From NCBI GenBank assembly GCA_032718475.1, contig JAUCBJ010000347.1:741-64740 (forward strand): a stretch of 64,000 nucleotides of DNA. Direction: 5' to 3'. The position numbers were made by a program, and so were the translations under genes. Of the stretch, positions 38,701 to 51,989 are shown piece by piece. This DNA comes from Nemertoderma westbladi (Eukaryota > Animalia > Xenacoelomorpha). A model generated the notes under the pieces. It was given only the letters and a program-made list of their open reading frames with translations. It was not told the DNA's origin and did no database searches. Position 1 is the first letter of the stretch; each line of letters starts with the position of its first letter.

Positions 38701-41700
38701 CACAATGTGTTTACAAATCTTTTTACGGTGACAGTTTCGCCTCCCTCTCCACTGGGTGAGTCAGCATTATAATTTTCGTTGTTCTTGAATCCAATATTGA
38801 TTCGTTGGTACTGATAGAAAGCTGGCCATGCAAGGACACCAAATATACCATATACATGGATACCATCATCTGAACATAAACTGAAGTTATTCAACATTTT
38901 AGGCGAAAATTGACACGTTAGCTACTGTAAATGTCCTCTTTGGGTAAATCCTACAACGTCTTGTTTGCATAGCGTCTCGTTTGCGAAACGTCCAGTTTGT
39001 CAAGTCCAACTTTCGAGTTGTAGTCATTAGGTCCCGCGAGCCATTATGTCTCGCGGGACCTAAATGTACCGAGTCATTAGGTCCCGCGAGCTCTAATGAC
39101 TCCGTACAATTAGATCCCGCGGGTTTACAAATACAATTTTAACAAACTTGGGAGCAAAATATTAAAACAATTGTAATTAATTATATGCAAATGCAATATA
39201 TAACTACAGTCCTGTATATGCAAATTAGCAATTATTCGTTTGTTAGTTCAGAAAATTAGTTTGATGTATTGTACAGTATAATGCAACAAATACATCGCCA
39301 TTGTTTAAGTACAAAAGTCCGTACTGGGCCGGTGCTTGAGGAAAACTGCGCAACAGCGCAACGGCGCAAAAGCGCAACGGCACAACAGCGCAACAACGCT
39401 ACGGCGCAACGGTGCAACGGCACAACAGCGCAACGGCGCAACAGCAACAGCAACAGCGCAACGGCGCAACAGCAACAGCAACAGCGCAACAGCCTGTGGA
39501 CTGTATGATTGGTTTATTAATCTCAATCTCATTTCATTGGCTTTTTATTATTGGCTATTCTTTTTCGTTCTATAGAATTCTATTTCTGTTACGCTGATGG
39601 CGCAACAGGCACAGAAGGAAAACTTAACTGCAGCCTGACAGTCAGTACCAGACAGATGCGGTCTCCGGTAACATTGGCCTACACTTCAGTAGTTTGTATA
39701 TAGATATATAATCCTATGATTAATAATAATAATTAAATTTGATTAATTAATTAGTTAAAAATTTATTAAAATTCAAATTTATTAATAATCATAATAGACA
39801 TGATTAATCTTTGATAGCTTGTGTGTGACCTTGTCAGACAGAGTCAGAGTTAGCCTGTGTCGAAAAACGTGCGTAACAAACGTGCGTAAAACTGCGTAAC
39901 TTCCAGTTTATGTAAAATCTCACTTTCTATTTGTTTGTGTAATGTCGGGTTTGCGTAACTTCCAGTTTATGTAAAATCTCACTTTCTATTTGTTTGTGTA
40001 ATGTCGGGTTTGCGTAACTTCCAGTTTATGTAAAATCTCACTTTCTATTTATTTGTGTAATGTCGCGTTTGCGTAACCTCCAGTTTATGTAAAATCTCAC
40101 TTTCTATTTATTTGTGTAATGTCGCGTTTGCGTAACTTCCAGTTTATGTAAAATCTCACTTTCTATTTATTTGTGTAATGTCGCGTTTGCGTAACCTCCA
40201 GTTTATGTAAAATCTCACTTTCTATTTATTTGTGTAATGTCGCGTTTGCGTAACCTCCAGTTTATGTAAAATCTCACTTTCTATTTATTTGTGTAATGTC
40301 GCGTTTGCGTAACCTCCAGTTTATGTAAAATCTCACTTTCTATTTATTTGTGTAATGTCGCGTTTGCGTAACTTCCAGTTTATGTAAAATCTCACTTTCT
40401 ATTTGTTTGTGTAATGTCGGGTTTGCGTAACCTCCAGTTTATGTAAAATCTCACTTTCTATTTATTTGTGTAATGTCGCGTTTGCGTAACTTCCAGTTTA
40501 TGTAAAATCTCACTTTCTATTTGTTTGTGTAATGTCGGGTTTGCGTAACCTCCAGTTTATGTAAAATCTCACTTTCTATTTATTTGTGTAATGTCGCGTT
40601 TGCGTAACTTCCAGTTTATGTAAAATCTCACTTTCTATTTGTTTGTGTAATGTCGCGTTTGCGTAACCTCCAGTTTATGTAAAATCTCACTTTCTATTTA
40701 TTTGTGTAATGTCGCGTTTGCGTAACCTCCAGTTTATGTAAAATCTCACTTTCTATTTATTTGTGTAATGTCGCGTTTGCGTAACTTCCAGTTTATGTAA
40801 AATCTCACTTTCTATTTATTTGTGTAATGTCGCGTTTGCGTAACCTCCAGTTTATGTAAAATCTCACTTTCTATTTATTTGTGTAATGTCGCGTTTGCGT
40901 AACTTCCAGTTTATGTAAAATCTCACTTTCTATTTGTTTGTGTAATGTCGGGTTTGCGTAACCTCCAGTTTATGTAAAATCTCACTTTCTATTTATTTGT
41001 GTAATGTCGCGTTTGCGTAACTTCCAGTTTATGTAAAATCTCACTTTCTATTTATTTGTGTAATGTCGCGTTTGCGTAACCTCCAGTTTATGTAAAATCT
41101 CACTTTCTATTTATTTGTGTAATGTCGCGTTTGCGTAACTTCCAGTTTATGTAAAATCTCACTTTCTATTTGTTTGTGTAATGTCGGGTTTGCGTAACCT
41201 CCAGTTTATGTAAAATCTCACTTTCTATTTATTTGTGTAATGTCGGGTTTGCGTAACTTCCAGTTTATGTAAAATCTCACTTTCTATTTATTTGTGTAAT
41301 GTCGCGTTTGCGTAACTTCCAGTTTATGTAAAATCTCACTTTCTATTTATTTGTGTAATGTCGGGTTTGCGTAACCTCCAGTTTATGTAAAATCTCACTT
41401 TCTATTTATTTGTGTAATGTCGCGTTTGCGTAACTTCCAGTTTATGTAAAATCTCACTTTCTATTTATTTGTGTAATGTCGCGTTTGCGTAACCTCCAGT
41501 TTATGTAAAATCTCACTTTCTATTTATTTGTGTAATGTCGCGTTTGCGTAACTTCCAGTTTATGTAAAATCTCACTTTCTATTTGTTTGTGTAATGTCGG
41601 GTTTGCGTAACCTCCAGTTTATGTAAAATCTCACTTTCTATTTATTTGTGTAATGTCGGGTTTGCGTAACTTCCAGTTTATGTAAAATCTCACTTTCTAT

Positions 41701-44700
41701 TTATTTGTGTAATGTCGCGTTTGCGTAACTTCCAGTTTATGTAAAATCTCACTTTCTATTTGTTTGTGTAATGTCGGGTTTGCGTAACCTCCAGTTTATG
41801 TAAAATCTCACTTTCTATTTATTTGTGTAATGTCGGGTTTGCGTAACTTCCAGTTTATGTAAAATCTCACTTTCTATTTATTTGTGTAATGTCGCGTTTG
41901 CGTAACCTCCAGTTTATGTAAAATCTCACTTTCTATTTGTTTGTGTAATGTCGGGTTTGCGTAACTTCCAGTTTATGTAAAATCTCACTTTCTATTTATT
42001 TGTGTAATGTCGGGTTTGCGTAACCTCCAGTTTATGTAAAATCTCACTTTCTATTTATTTGTGTAATGTCGGGTTTGCGTAACTTCCAGTTTATGTAAAA
42101 TCTCACTTTCTATTTATTTGTGTAATGTCGCGTTTGCGTAACTTCCAGTTTATGTAAAATCTCACTTTCTATTTGTTTGTCGGGTTTGCGTAAATTCCTG
42201 ATTGCGTGGCGTCAGCTCGCCAAATTGATTTCCCTTATGATGATATAGTTCATAGGAATATTCATTATAAGTTAATGTTTATAAAATAAAGGAATATAAC
42301 GCGAGCGTAGCGAGAATAATTATTTTATGTTATTTTTGACATTAAATCTATCTTTTTGAATCGAGAGTACACGTTTATTACCAAAACAATTTGGTTTTCG
42401 TGGTAAAATTAATTAATTATTTATTTAGTAACAGCACAATTTTTTAAAATTAATAATATTCTAGTAATTTAATTTATAAAACAATAATGAGTTAAAAATC
42501 ATGTATGTTGATGTTCATAGTTCATTAAAAACAGGGCAGCCTTCAGCTTCGACAATCCACGAGGAAATGAGGTGCAATTGTAATGTAATGGGTGGCTTCT
42601 GTTGCTTGGCAAATGCATAAACAGCAAATGCATGAATCGATAGGTGACCAGCAGTTCGGTGTGGAACATAGCTTATGGTGGCAACCGTTTGACACTAGCT
42701 GTGCCATTGATCGCCGCCGATAGCCTGTTAAACCCGCAAGTTAGTGTCAGAGCTCGAAGCGTTGTCAATTGATTCTAGAATAGGGGTGGACCGGGCATAT
42801 TTCGAGATTCCACACCACATTTTCCAGTAAAAGGCACGTACTTTAATCTTTTGTGGTGAATATATCACAACCATATGTTACTGTCGGAAGGACAATAGCT
42901 ATGTATAATTTCCTAGCGGTTTCCATGTTAGTCATTGGTAGGTTGACTTTGGTGGCGATTCGAGCACAACATGCTATACCTTTCTTATATAGGTGTGTGT
43001 AGTGTTTGCTGGCGCCTAATTTGATCTATAATTTAAACTATTTAAACCTAATTAGGGGTATTTAACTGGATAGTTTGCAGTAATATAATACTGTAGGATA
43101 TTGCTTTAACTTTTCACCCGGCTCTTTATGCCTATTCGCCCCCTAGTATGTATTGGTATACTTCACATGGGCCATAAGTTTTATTCGAATTTTTAAAGTT
43201 GAAAGCCCATTGTGTGACCGGGTCCTCCTAACCCAACTGTTGCGTGGGTATAATGGTGGATGCTAACGTTTCGTAACTCTGCACTACGTCAATATAGTTA
43301 TAGTTATACTGTCGGTTGACTAAAATATATTCAATAAATGTAGCATTAAATGTAATAAATTAAAACAAACATAATGAGCTGCACGCATAACTTATATGGG
43401 GGCGGATGCGCCGTGGTAGAATATGAACTCAGACAACGATAACCAAATTCAAATTAAACCCTATTCTGGAACCTTTTGTTTATGTATGATATAATAGTAT
43501 TCCTTGCATTGTTGCCTAGCGCTACGGAATGGTTTAAAGAAATGTTCCCGAATATGGTGTATTTATTAAATAGAATAAAATAGCTTCCCGTAGGTGCAAA
43601 ACCATGCAACTTTTAAACGCTCATATCTCATCTATTTTATGACGAAATTAAAATTGCGATACACATATTTAGAATATTTAGAATCCTTGCACGGCCAGCT
43701 TATTTCTAACAGTACCAACAAATCAATATTAAGGTTGAATAATAAGTGCGGTGTAACTGGTGCAATATCGCTGGAGACACCTTTTTCAAACAATTGTAGT
43801 TAAAGAATGAAAGCGAAAATATTCTGGCTCACACAGGCACCGGCACCACCTCACTCCTATTATTTCAAATTTCATGCTATTTCATAAAGATTTGCATGTC
43901 TGACGATATTATTTTCTGGCACAAATCAATATAATTAATAACATTATCGTATTATACCGATATTTATATGACGGTGGCCGACTGGTCCAGTGGCCTAGTG
44001 GATAAGGCGTCAGCCTCCGGAGCTGAAGATCGGGAGTTCGAATCTCCTCTGGATCGACGACTTTTTGTTCCTTAAACTATTCGGATTATTTTGTTTTTAT
44101 TTCCTACAAGATGAGATTTGATTTTCCGCCGGTTTACTATTATTTTAATTAGCACCCCACTAAACTCACCCATTCAGATAAACATTTTAATATCATAATT
44201 AGTTAAGTAATTATCACCTGATAATTAAACCCTACCAAAAAACCAACCTGATCTGGTTTATCCGATCTCAATATATTTCCTCCATTATAGTAATGGCACA
44301 CCAATTGGTGGCAGGTCTCTCCCCTAGCACACGCGATTTTGTAGCTCGAGTGCCACAGTATCTGTGTCAAATGTCCGCAAGACATGTAATTAGGGTTGCA
44401 TTCCCATATTCTGCCATTGTACTTCCTATGAAAACGTATTATTTAACAAAATCTACATTACTTTGTTATAATTAATATATTATTAGGGTTTATCAAATAT
44501 AAAAAATATCAATTACCATCGATTATTCACATTCACACTTTTTATTGATTGATGAAAAAAATCAATATGTTCCAGAATATGGCGTATTTATGAAATAAAA
44601 TAAATGGTCTATGAAACGAAAGCAAATACATGCAGCATTCGAATGCCCATTTCTCCCCAAAACCAAATTCAAATGTTTTTACATATTTGGAATCCTTGCA

Positions 44701-47700
44701 CGTCCAGCTTTCGAATGGTACCAATAACCCACTATAAGGTTGAAGAATAACTGCAGTGTAACTGGTGCAATATCGACGGAGACACCTTTTTTATGATCTT
44801 GCAGCTAAAGAATGAAAGCGAAATTAAAAACCCCGACTCATCCAGCAAGGATGAGGGAGGTGAAACTATATCAGTATCATTATCACTTGTAGAATATTTT
44901 GGGGGGCATGTCACTGAATTACGACACTACTATATTCCGGGAATACCAGTACCGCATAACTGGAGAGTTAGTGCTTGTATTGAATTATGTAACATCTTAT
45001 CTAAAGATAGAGTAGTTAGTTGTTATGAACTGAATATACACTATATTCAATGAAGATATTTTTTCGGTATGAATCCACTCCTCTACACCCCTCTAGGAAT
45101 TTTTCATTAATTATGTGAAGCTTTAATTCCTAATAAAATGCGTTAAATCCAAATAATTACAGCCATACATTTTTTTAAAAATATTTATTTAATTTCTATT
45201 TTTGTGCTACTCAAATAATATTATTGTTTAATAATTAAAACACATTTAAATTAGATAAAAACATGCGACTGACTTACTTAATTTCATTAAAATACATCAT
45301 GTCAATAGCCTCGATAACATTGTCGGCCCGTGAGTGAAGGTTTTGTCCAATAAAACCGGTGTGTTTCTTTATATATTCCTTATAAGATGCTGAGTTAGTT
45401 GGCAAACCGTGAGTGTTAACGCATCTGAAAGAAAAAAAATATTGTCCCGGTAACAAGCGAAGCGTACTGATCAACTGATGTGTTCCAGAACATGTTTACT
45501 CAATATGAATCCACTAGGAAGAGTTACGATTAAAATTTATTAAGTTTAAGAGCACAATAAAGTTGGTTTATAGTGATTCGTAAATTTAAAATTCTTTCAA
45601 TAACATGACGGTAAAATACTACTTCAATCAAAATATTAAATTTATAGTTAGTTACATGAAATCGGAAAATAAAATTCCACACATACTGTATAATGAGGAT
45701 GTTTCAAATTCACATTACTAAATACTTTCCAAACTGCCTGTTCTATGGAACTAGGGATCACTCTTGCAGTGATATGCCACCTCCCTCAGAGGCAAGGACT
45801 CTCAGATCGCGAATGAAGCTTGGATCTCACACCGGGCTGTTGCAATTAGAGAGGACCAATCATGCCGCGGCGAGCAGGTAGTGTACATGACTTAGTTCTG
45901 CTAGCGCGGAGTCTAAGTTTCACATTGGCCGGGTAACACAAACGTTACAAGCTTTACAGCACACGGATTCCAGCACTTAATCTACACAAACCCTGTATAT
46001 TTTCATGCGCTTTTCTCTTATTTTCTCAGGCCTCAACCGAAATTGCGACTTTCCGTGCGTTAGGTAGGCCTACCACGCCTCAGCTCTCGGCAATGTCCGT
46101 CTCTCGTCACATCGTAAATCGTTCTATTTTTAAGTAATTAATTGAACATCGTCTATTTCATGTTTATAATAATAATCATTATGAATTATAAAACAAGTTA
46201 ATTTAAACTGTTTTATTTATTTTTTATTATAATTTGCCCAAAATAATGTTTGCTATATGTATAGGTATACAGTCCCAATCCCAATAAACATTAACTTGGT
46301 CATTTTGGCGGCCAAAACGACCAAAATGGCCAAATATAAATTGCGGCATTCACTTCTGAGGCAAGTTGGCTTGTCAATCACAGCCAGTGAATAGAGGCTG
46401 AGTGTAAGTAAAGCCCAGGATGTTGGCAGATAGAAAAAGGCTTCGATTTCCGGACATTCCCCCCCCCCCCCGACCAGTTCCGTTTCCGTTCGACTGTTTT
46501 AATAATTTCGCACGTTTATTTTTCATTTTGTAAGGTAAACATAGAACATTTTTATTTTCAATATTTTCTTGACCCTTTATTAACCTCGCTCGCACACGGT
46601 AAATATAATGCCTCGATAATTAATAGTGATAACATTTTAACTTTTTTTCCCATGTAATAAATAATTATTGTGTTTTATCTGTGTATCTGCGTTGAATATA
46701 ATTAATATATTGATAATTAATTTCGCTGGAGTTAATTAGAAGTTCGCTGGATTTAATATTACTTACCGTGGCTCAGGAGAGGTGTGATGGCTATGTAAGG
46801 TCATGTGTGAATCATACTTGGGCCTATATGGTGAGTGTGCAATGTGCATGGGGGGGGGGGGGGGGGGGGAATTAGTAGATAATTCGGAATGTGAATCCTG
46901 TTTTCATTTTTTTAAACTGGACGCTAGTGGCCTAGCATGTTTTCACGTGACATACATAGAATACAGGCAAAAATACATAGAAATAAGCCCAACGCTAATA
47001 ATTAACACATGTACAGATATTAACTATACAAGAAGGTACTGTTTCTGTTTCTCCTGTGCAAAGCAAAATCTAATCATGAATACTTTTTCACTGTAACTCG
47101 TAACTCAACCATGGTCCTTTTTCGAAGAAATCCTACATGGGCATTTTGGAGCTAACCCGCCACTACTGCTTGGCTCACTGGAAGTGTATTTAGTATTAAG
47201 TTTATTTATTGGGAACACGAACACACCATATTATCCTTCCCCTATTCATTTCAATGGTAGCCAGCTTGTCTTTCCCGCACTGGGGGTAGACCATTGCCAT
47301 TGGTTAGCTGTATGCTATTGTAATACAAAGAGAGCGGCAGGATAAAGAGAATTGCCGACCTCACTAATAATGGGCTGGTCCCAAAGGTCACTTTAAAGTA
47401 GGTGGTACAGTAGGTACTACAGTTTACATGTTCAAGGGCGCCAGTCCCTAGTCGCTAGACGCTAGCCCATAGTCTGTCATGGAGTTCCTATAGTAGTTTC
47501 AGACGCTTTCACTCAGTATCCTAGTGTCCAGGAAGTTGGGAGTTGAGTATGGGTGGGTGGATTGGTGGCCCCCACGCAACACCACAGTGTCGGGTGACAA
47601 CAAAACAAAGACCAACGACCCAAATAATAAAGACCTGTACAAATACAAAACACATGTGTTGACTTTAGTTTATTGTTTTGGTTCCCCAACACGCCTCTGT

Positions 47701-49271
47701 AACCTGCTTCTTTACTAACCTCGTCCTTTAAATGGCAATGTGACCTCACGCTCTCTGGCAATGGGACCTAAAGCTCTTTGGAACCTAACGCTCTTTGGGA
47801 CGTAACGCGACTTTACCTCTTTGTTTTGTACAGGTCACAATGAGCGTTATGTACCATTGCTATTTAAAGGAGCAGGTTAGTAAAGGAGCAAGTTACAGAG
47901 GCGTGACGGGGGATTCAAAACAATTAACGAAAGTTAAAACATGTAACAAGATTATGCAGGTCTTTATAATTGGGTCTTTGTTTTGTAGTCATCCCGCAGT
48001 GTCCGCGAATTATATACATTGTAAAAAAATATAAAAAAAAATTTTTATTATAAAAAAAAATATTATGAAATTAATTTCCGAAATTAACATACCGAAATTA
48101 ATTTATCGATGTCCATTAATTAGTTATTTCATTACGATTCTGATTGGTTGATAGATTAATTTCGGGACGTCCATAAATTAATTTCGGGACGTCCATAAGT
48201 TAATTTCGGGAAGTCCATAACTTAATTTCGGGACGTCCATAAGTTAATTTCGGGACGTCCATAAGTTAATTTCGGGAAGTCCATATAGTTAATTTCGGGA
48301 CGTCCATAAATTAATTTCGGGACGTCCATAAATTAATTTCGGGACGTTCAGATTATTATACATACTCCTCCTTTAACGAAGCCGCATTCAACTCCTTTTA
48401 TAAGACTGTGTACTCTATCAATGCCTTAGTGGGCGGACTCCAGTACTGCAAGGCTCAGCGCCGGGTAAGTTAACAATCTGTCAATAATAAAAATGAAAGC
48501 GAGCCGACATTTAGTCAGATCCACCAAATGGATGGCCAAGGAGACAGACTGTCTGGATTGAGCTGATTCGAGTTAAATCGCTTCGCCAAAACGACCAAGT
48601 AGCCCATAGGAATACACTAAATTTTTTTGGTGATTTTGGCCGCCAAAACGACCAAGTTAATGTTTATTGGGATTGGGACTGTATTTGTCTAGTCTCTGTG
48701 GGTAGTGCGTACTGTACGAAGAAGTGGCTACTAACCGGACCCATTGACCGGACCCTCTAAATACGGTATTGAAGCATTATATTTTATTAATATTTTACTT
48801 GTGTATTATTGACCGAACCCATATTACCACAATTAAGTAACCTGCATAATCTTACAACATGTGTTAACTTTCGTTTATTGTTTTGGTTTCCCCAAAACCG
48901 CCTCTATAACCTCCTCCTTTAATAACCTGTTCCTTTAAATGACAATGATGGGTCCGGTCAGTAGCCTTTGCCATTCTACGACGTACAGTAGTACAGTGTA
49001 CGTACAGTACAGTATATAGAATATAGTACCTGTTTGCGTACTCCTGCGTCCACACTTCCAGGTCGTTGTCCCATACAACTTCCATCATGTTCGATGCGCT
49101 CTCCATCGCCCTCCCGGCCGCATCCTTGGACGGCAGGGTCCGACGCAGTTCATTGTGGTATTTAAGAAGAGCCTCCTCCTCGGGATTGGAGAGTTTTGCC
49201 GATAAAGTTTGACGCACATTAAATTCAAGGATCAGTAATACGATATAGAATAACAGGCGTCCAGAAAGCAT
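35751..49271 (-). CDS. secreted CAP/SCP (CRISP/PI16-like) protein with four ShK domains and a C-terminal hydrophobic (GPI-type) tail; 5 exons, about 422 aa
   Basis: Exons: 49271-49030, 45424-45278, 44425-44248, 36985-36763, 36229-35751 (1269 nt, GT-AG, phases consistent). Signal peptide; CAP motifs HNELRR, ASNMMEVVWDNDLE, GQNL, CGHLTQILW, LVCHYYNGGN; hinge PYRPGPSCSWCP...C...LC; four ShK units (C.D...C...EC..N..YM...C...C..C); tail AIAIVGIAIIYILVK*. Confidence 0.88.
39347..39492. repeat. low-complexity (CAACAG/CGCAACGG)n repeat
   Basis: Read directly from the sequence. Confidence 0.85.
39894..42192. repeat. 59-bp minisatellite, about 39 copies (CAP gene intron 3)
   Basis: Unit TGCGTAAC(T/C)TCCAGTTTATGTAAAATCTCACTTTCTATTT(A/G)TTTGTGTAATGTCG(C/G)GTT. 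Confidence 0.97.
43984..44056 (+). tRNA. tRNA-Arg (CCG)
   Basis: 73 nt. Acceptor stem GGTCCAG/CTGGATC, A box TGGCCTAGTGG, anticodon arm TCAGC-CT CCG GA-GCTGA, T arm GGGAG TTCGAAT CTCCT, and a TTTTT terminator just downstream. Confidence 0.93.
47590..47995. repeat. foldback/MITE with ~150-bp imperfect inverted arms (further arm copies at ~48840-48947 and ~35085-35155)
   Basis: ...GCCTCTGTAACCTGCTTCTTTACTAACCT...TTTAAATGGCAATG is mirrored by CATTGCTATTTAAAGGAGCAGGTTAGTAAAGGAGCAAGTTACAGAGGC. Confidence 0.7.
48157..48347. repeat. 22-bp minisatellite, about 9 copies
   Basis: Unit TTAATTTCGGGACGTCCATAA(A/G). Confidence 0.92.
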
Positions 49272-51120
49272 TATATAACAGTTTTATTTATATTTACCCG
49301 TAGGAATTCTATAATGGCGTCATTTAAGCCTAGAGTATAAAAATTTCGCACTCCATTGAAATAAAACCCCGTTTTCAGCTATAAAGACCCTCGCGTGTAT
49401 CTATATGTGTATTTGTGTAAAAGATCCTCGTGGTACTTAAAACGTAAATATACTCAATTCATACTCTAAGATTGAAAAGTGCTTTTCACATTCACATAAC
49501 GATGTAAATTGTTATAGAAATGGCTTTCTACTGTTAAACCTAAACTATCCAGCATATTTGTAAGTCATGGCGCATGCAATACAACTGCAACTGTAGGCCC
49601 CTACTGAAACTACATCATATATCTATAGTAAAGATGTATGAAACGGTCTGATTTTTCAATGAACCTTATTATCAACAATTTTGCGAAAAAATTTGATTTT
49701 AATTTCTAATTTTAATACACGACATTATTACTTCAGCCTTAACGACTAAACCTAACTTTAAATCGAATTGGTATTTTATTTAAAAGACCCTCCCCCTTGA
49801 ATTATTTAAGTAGCTTCCTGCTGTATGTAATTTATAAATGTTGCTACTGTATTCTACAAGATACAGTATTCCAGCAATCGCATCCACTAAAATAATAATA
49901 CGAATAACGTCAATACACAGTACAGTACTGGCAATATCAAATATTTCTAACTGTTTAGTGTTGCGTTACGTTAAACTCCGTTATTCGTTAAACTCGAATA
50001 ACGGAACAACAAACTATTATAATAGCAGTAATAATTACAGCGGTAAAACTAATGCAGATCCTATGTTTATAATAGCCACGGATACGCCAGCATCAGCCAG
50101 GATCAATAAGATAACCACCCAAAACCAACAATCATAGAGAGTTGAATTGATGTACAGTATGTTGGTAAAGCCTACTGTACAGTGTGCAGTGCATACAGCA
50201 CATGCTTCAGCCTATGTATGGTAACTACAGTAACTACTCTGCCATTGTCGTATAACGCAGAAGAGCAAGTGATGCCGTCTAATTATCTTATTCCTTTCTA
50301 CATACAGGCCTGTCATCTACCAATCACAAAATAGCTGGTGAGAGATAGCCTTGATCTGTAAATCTCTTACACTTATTTCCGGCACTATATTTTTTGCTGA
50401 TTTGGTTTGGAGATTATATCTAAAGTTCATATTAAGTTATTTATATAAATCAAATATGTTAAAGCTATACATATAAGAAAAGCTATATAAAAAAGATGAA
50501 CTACAGTAACTATATACGACATTGTTCATAAAATGGCACTTTATAGCGGCGTTACGGCACGAGTGATTTAATAGATATTAGAACGTCGGCCGTATTAACT
50601 ATTTACATTATTGTGTGCAAAGTAGCACTTTGCAGCGTTATGATTCGAGTTTATTTATGTAACGAGGGTGGTTTACATAAATAAACAAGGGTCTTTAACG
50701 CTGATAAGTGACCTTTGCAAGCAATGATGTATGTAATTTTGCTACATTATGTCAACTTTTATCAGTGTTCGGTATGTGAAGAAAGGATTTTATAGATACT
50801 AATTTATACATTTTAATAATGTACTATATCGAATATGTGTGAAATTTATTAACAGGTACACAGTATTTATTATACATTTAAATCTAATTAAAGTTTATTG
50901 GAAGTTAACTTCTGCTTGGATGTGATAAATCATTAATCCATCTTGACTATCTTGATTATAATCGACTGAAGCAAACTTAGTCACCGTCTGTGTCCGTTCA
51001 CTTATACTGAACACTGTCGTCACTTTCTTTGGTCATTTTAGTGTCTTCTATTAGACGTTTCTATTATTGATAGTAACAATGTGTTGGCAAGCTGTATTTT
51101 TCGAGGTGTTTGTTATTATA

Positions 51121-51383
51121 ATAATAATAATAATAATAATATTGGTTATTTATATAGCGCTTTTCTACGCTCAGCATACTCTAAGCGCTTTTATTATCAT
51201 TACCCCAGCAAAGCCAGGTTCCCATTATACCGCTGGGTTGGCGTAGGCACTAATGTCTAAAGTGTCTTGCCTAGGGACACATCAGTGCGAAATTTCTACA
51301 GCCTTTAGTCGGATTCGAACCTGAACCACCAAACACTATTGTGTAAGCAGTTCAGGCGTCGTATCCACTCGGACACTGAGACA
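51121..51383 (-). mobile_element. tRNA-derived CORE-SINE (MIR-like) with an L2-like tail
   Basis: Minus strand: A box GTGTCCGAGTGG, B box GGTTCGAATCC, core TGTGTCCCTAGGCAAGACACTT, tail AAAGCGCTTAGAG...AAGCGCTATATAAAT...(ATT)n. 8-bp TSD TTATTATA; the empty site is visible in the paralogous host repeat at ~58486. Confidence 0.85.
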
Positions 51384-51579
51384 TTATTATACATTTATTA
51401 TAGGAAGGGATCTAGGGGTCTTAACCTCGAATGATAAGTTTATTTTACCGAAAATAACTTATCTTTTATTGGCGCAATTGTAGGACTAATCCCATCACAT
51501 GCGTACTTTCTAACCGGGTAGTGTACAAATTTAAGAATCGGGTAATTTTTCTTGAAATTAATATCTCATATCTCTCCAA

Positions 51580-51622
51580 ACCACGTACGCGTTTCGACCT
51601 TACTGGGTCTCATCAGCGTGGT
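51580..51622 (-). ncRNA. minimal type I hammerhead ribozyme (copy 1)
   Basis: ACCACG CUGAUGA GACC-CAGUAA-GGUC GAAA CGCG UA/CGUGGU, identical to copy 2. Confidence 0.85.
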
Positions 51623-51989
51623 GTCGGATTCGAACCTGGATTCATTAACATAAATGGAAATAATACATTCTGGAATACGGTAATTGAAGTTGTTTCCATG
51701 TCATTGATGACTTTGCACTTTGCAGCGTTCCGTCCTATAGGCCGCAACGCTGCAAAGTAGTACTGTACCTTGCAGCGTTACGAGTAATTCAGTACAAGCA
51801 TTTTTTCCATACAAACTACTATTAAGCCTCGGTACCATTATAGAACGCATTAGATTACTTTATAGGCCAACTGTTCTTGCATTCCAACCAGAATTTAATG
51901 GACTTTCTGGTGAATAATTTTTTTTTTTAATTTCAATTTTTTTTCATATATTTAGCTTATTTTTTGAAAAAATGACCTAATTTTCAAAA

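Larger units (their letters stand above)
46270..48681. mobile_element. non-autonomous Tc1/mariner-type element with ~48-bp TIRs
   Basis: TA|CAGTCCCAATCCCAATAAACATTAACTTGGTC.TTTTGGCGGCCAAAA at the left end and its reverse complement ending GGGACTG|TA at the right end. Confidence 0.8.

Noticed and set aside
39256-39597. Poly-Cys/Gln/Ala ORFs
   Set aside because: They are translations of a simple repeat.
13369-42192. CRISPR-like appearance of the 43-, 28- and 59-bp arrays
   Set aside because: They are head-to-tail tandem units with no unique spacers, there are no cas genes, and they sit in eukaryotic introns.
42520-43010. GC-richer, coding-like patch
   Set aside because: No recognisable motif or sustained ORF; probably old transposon debris.
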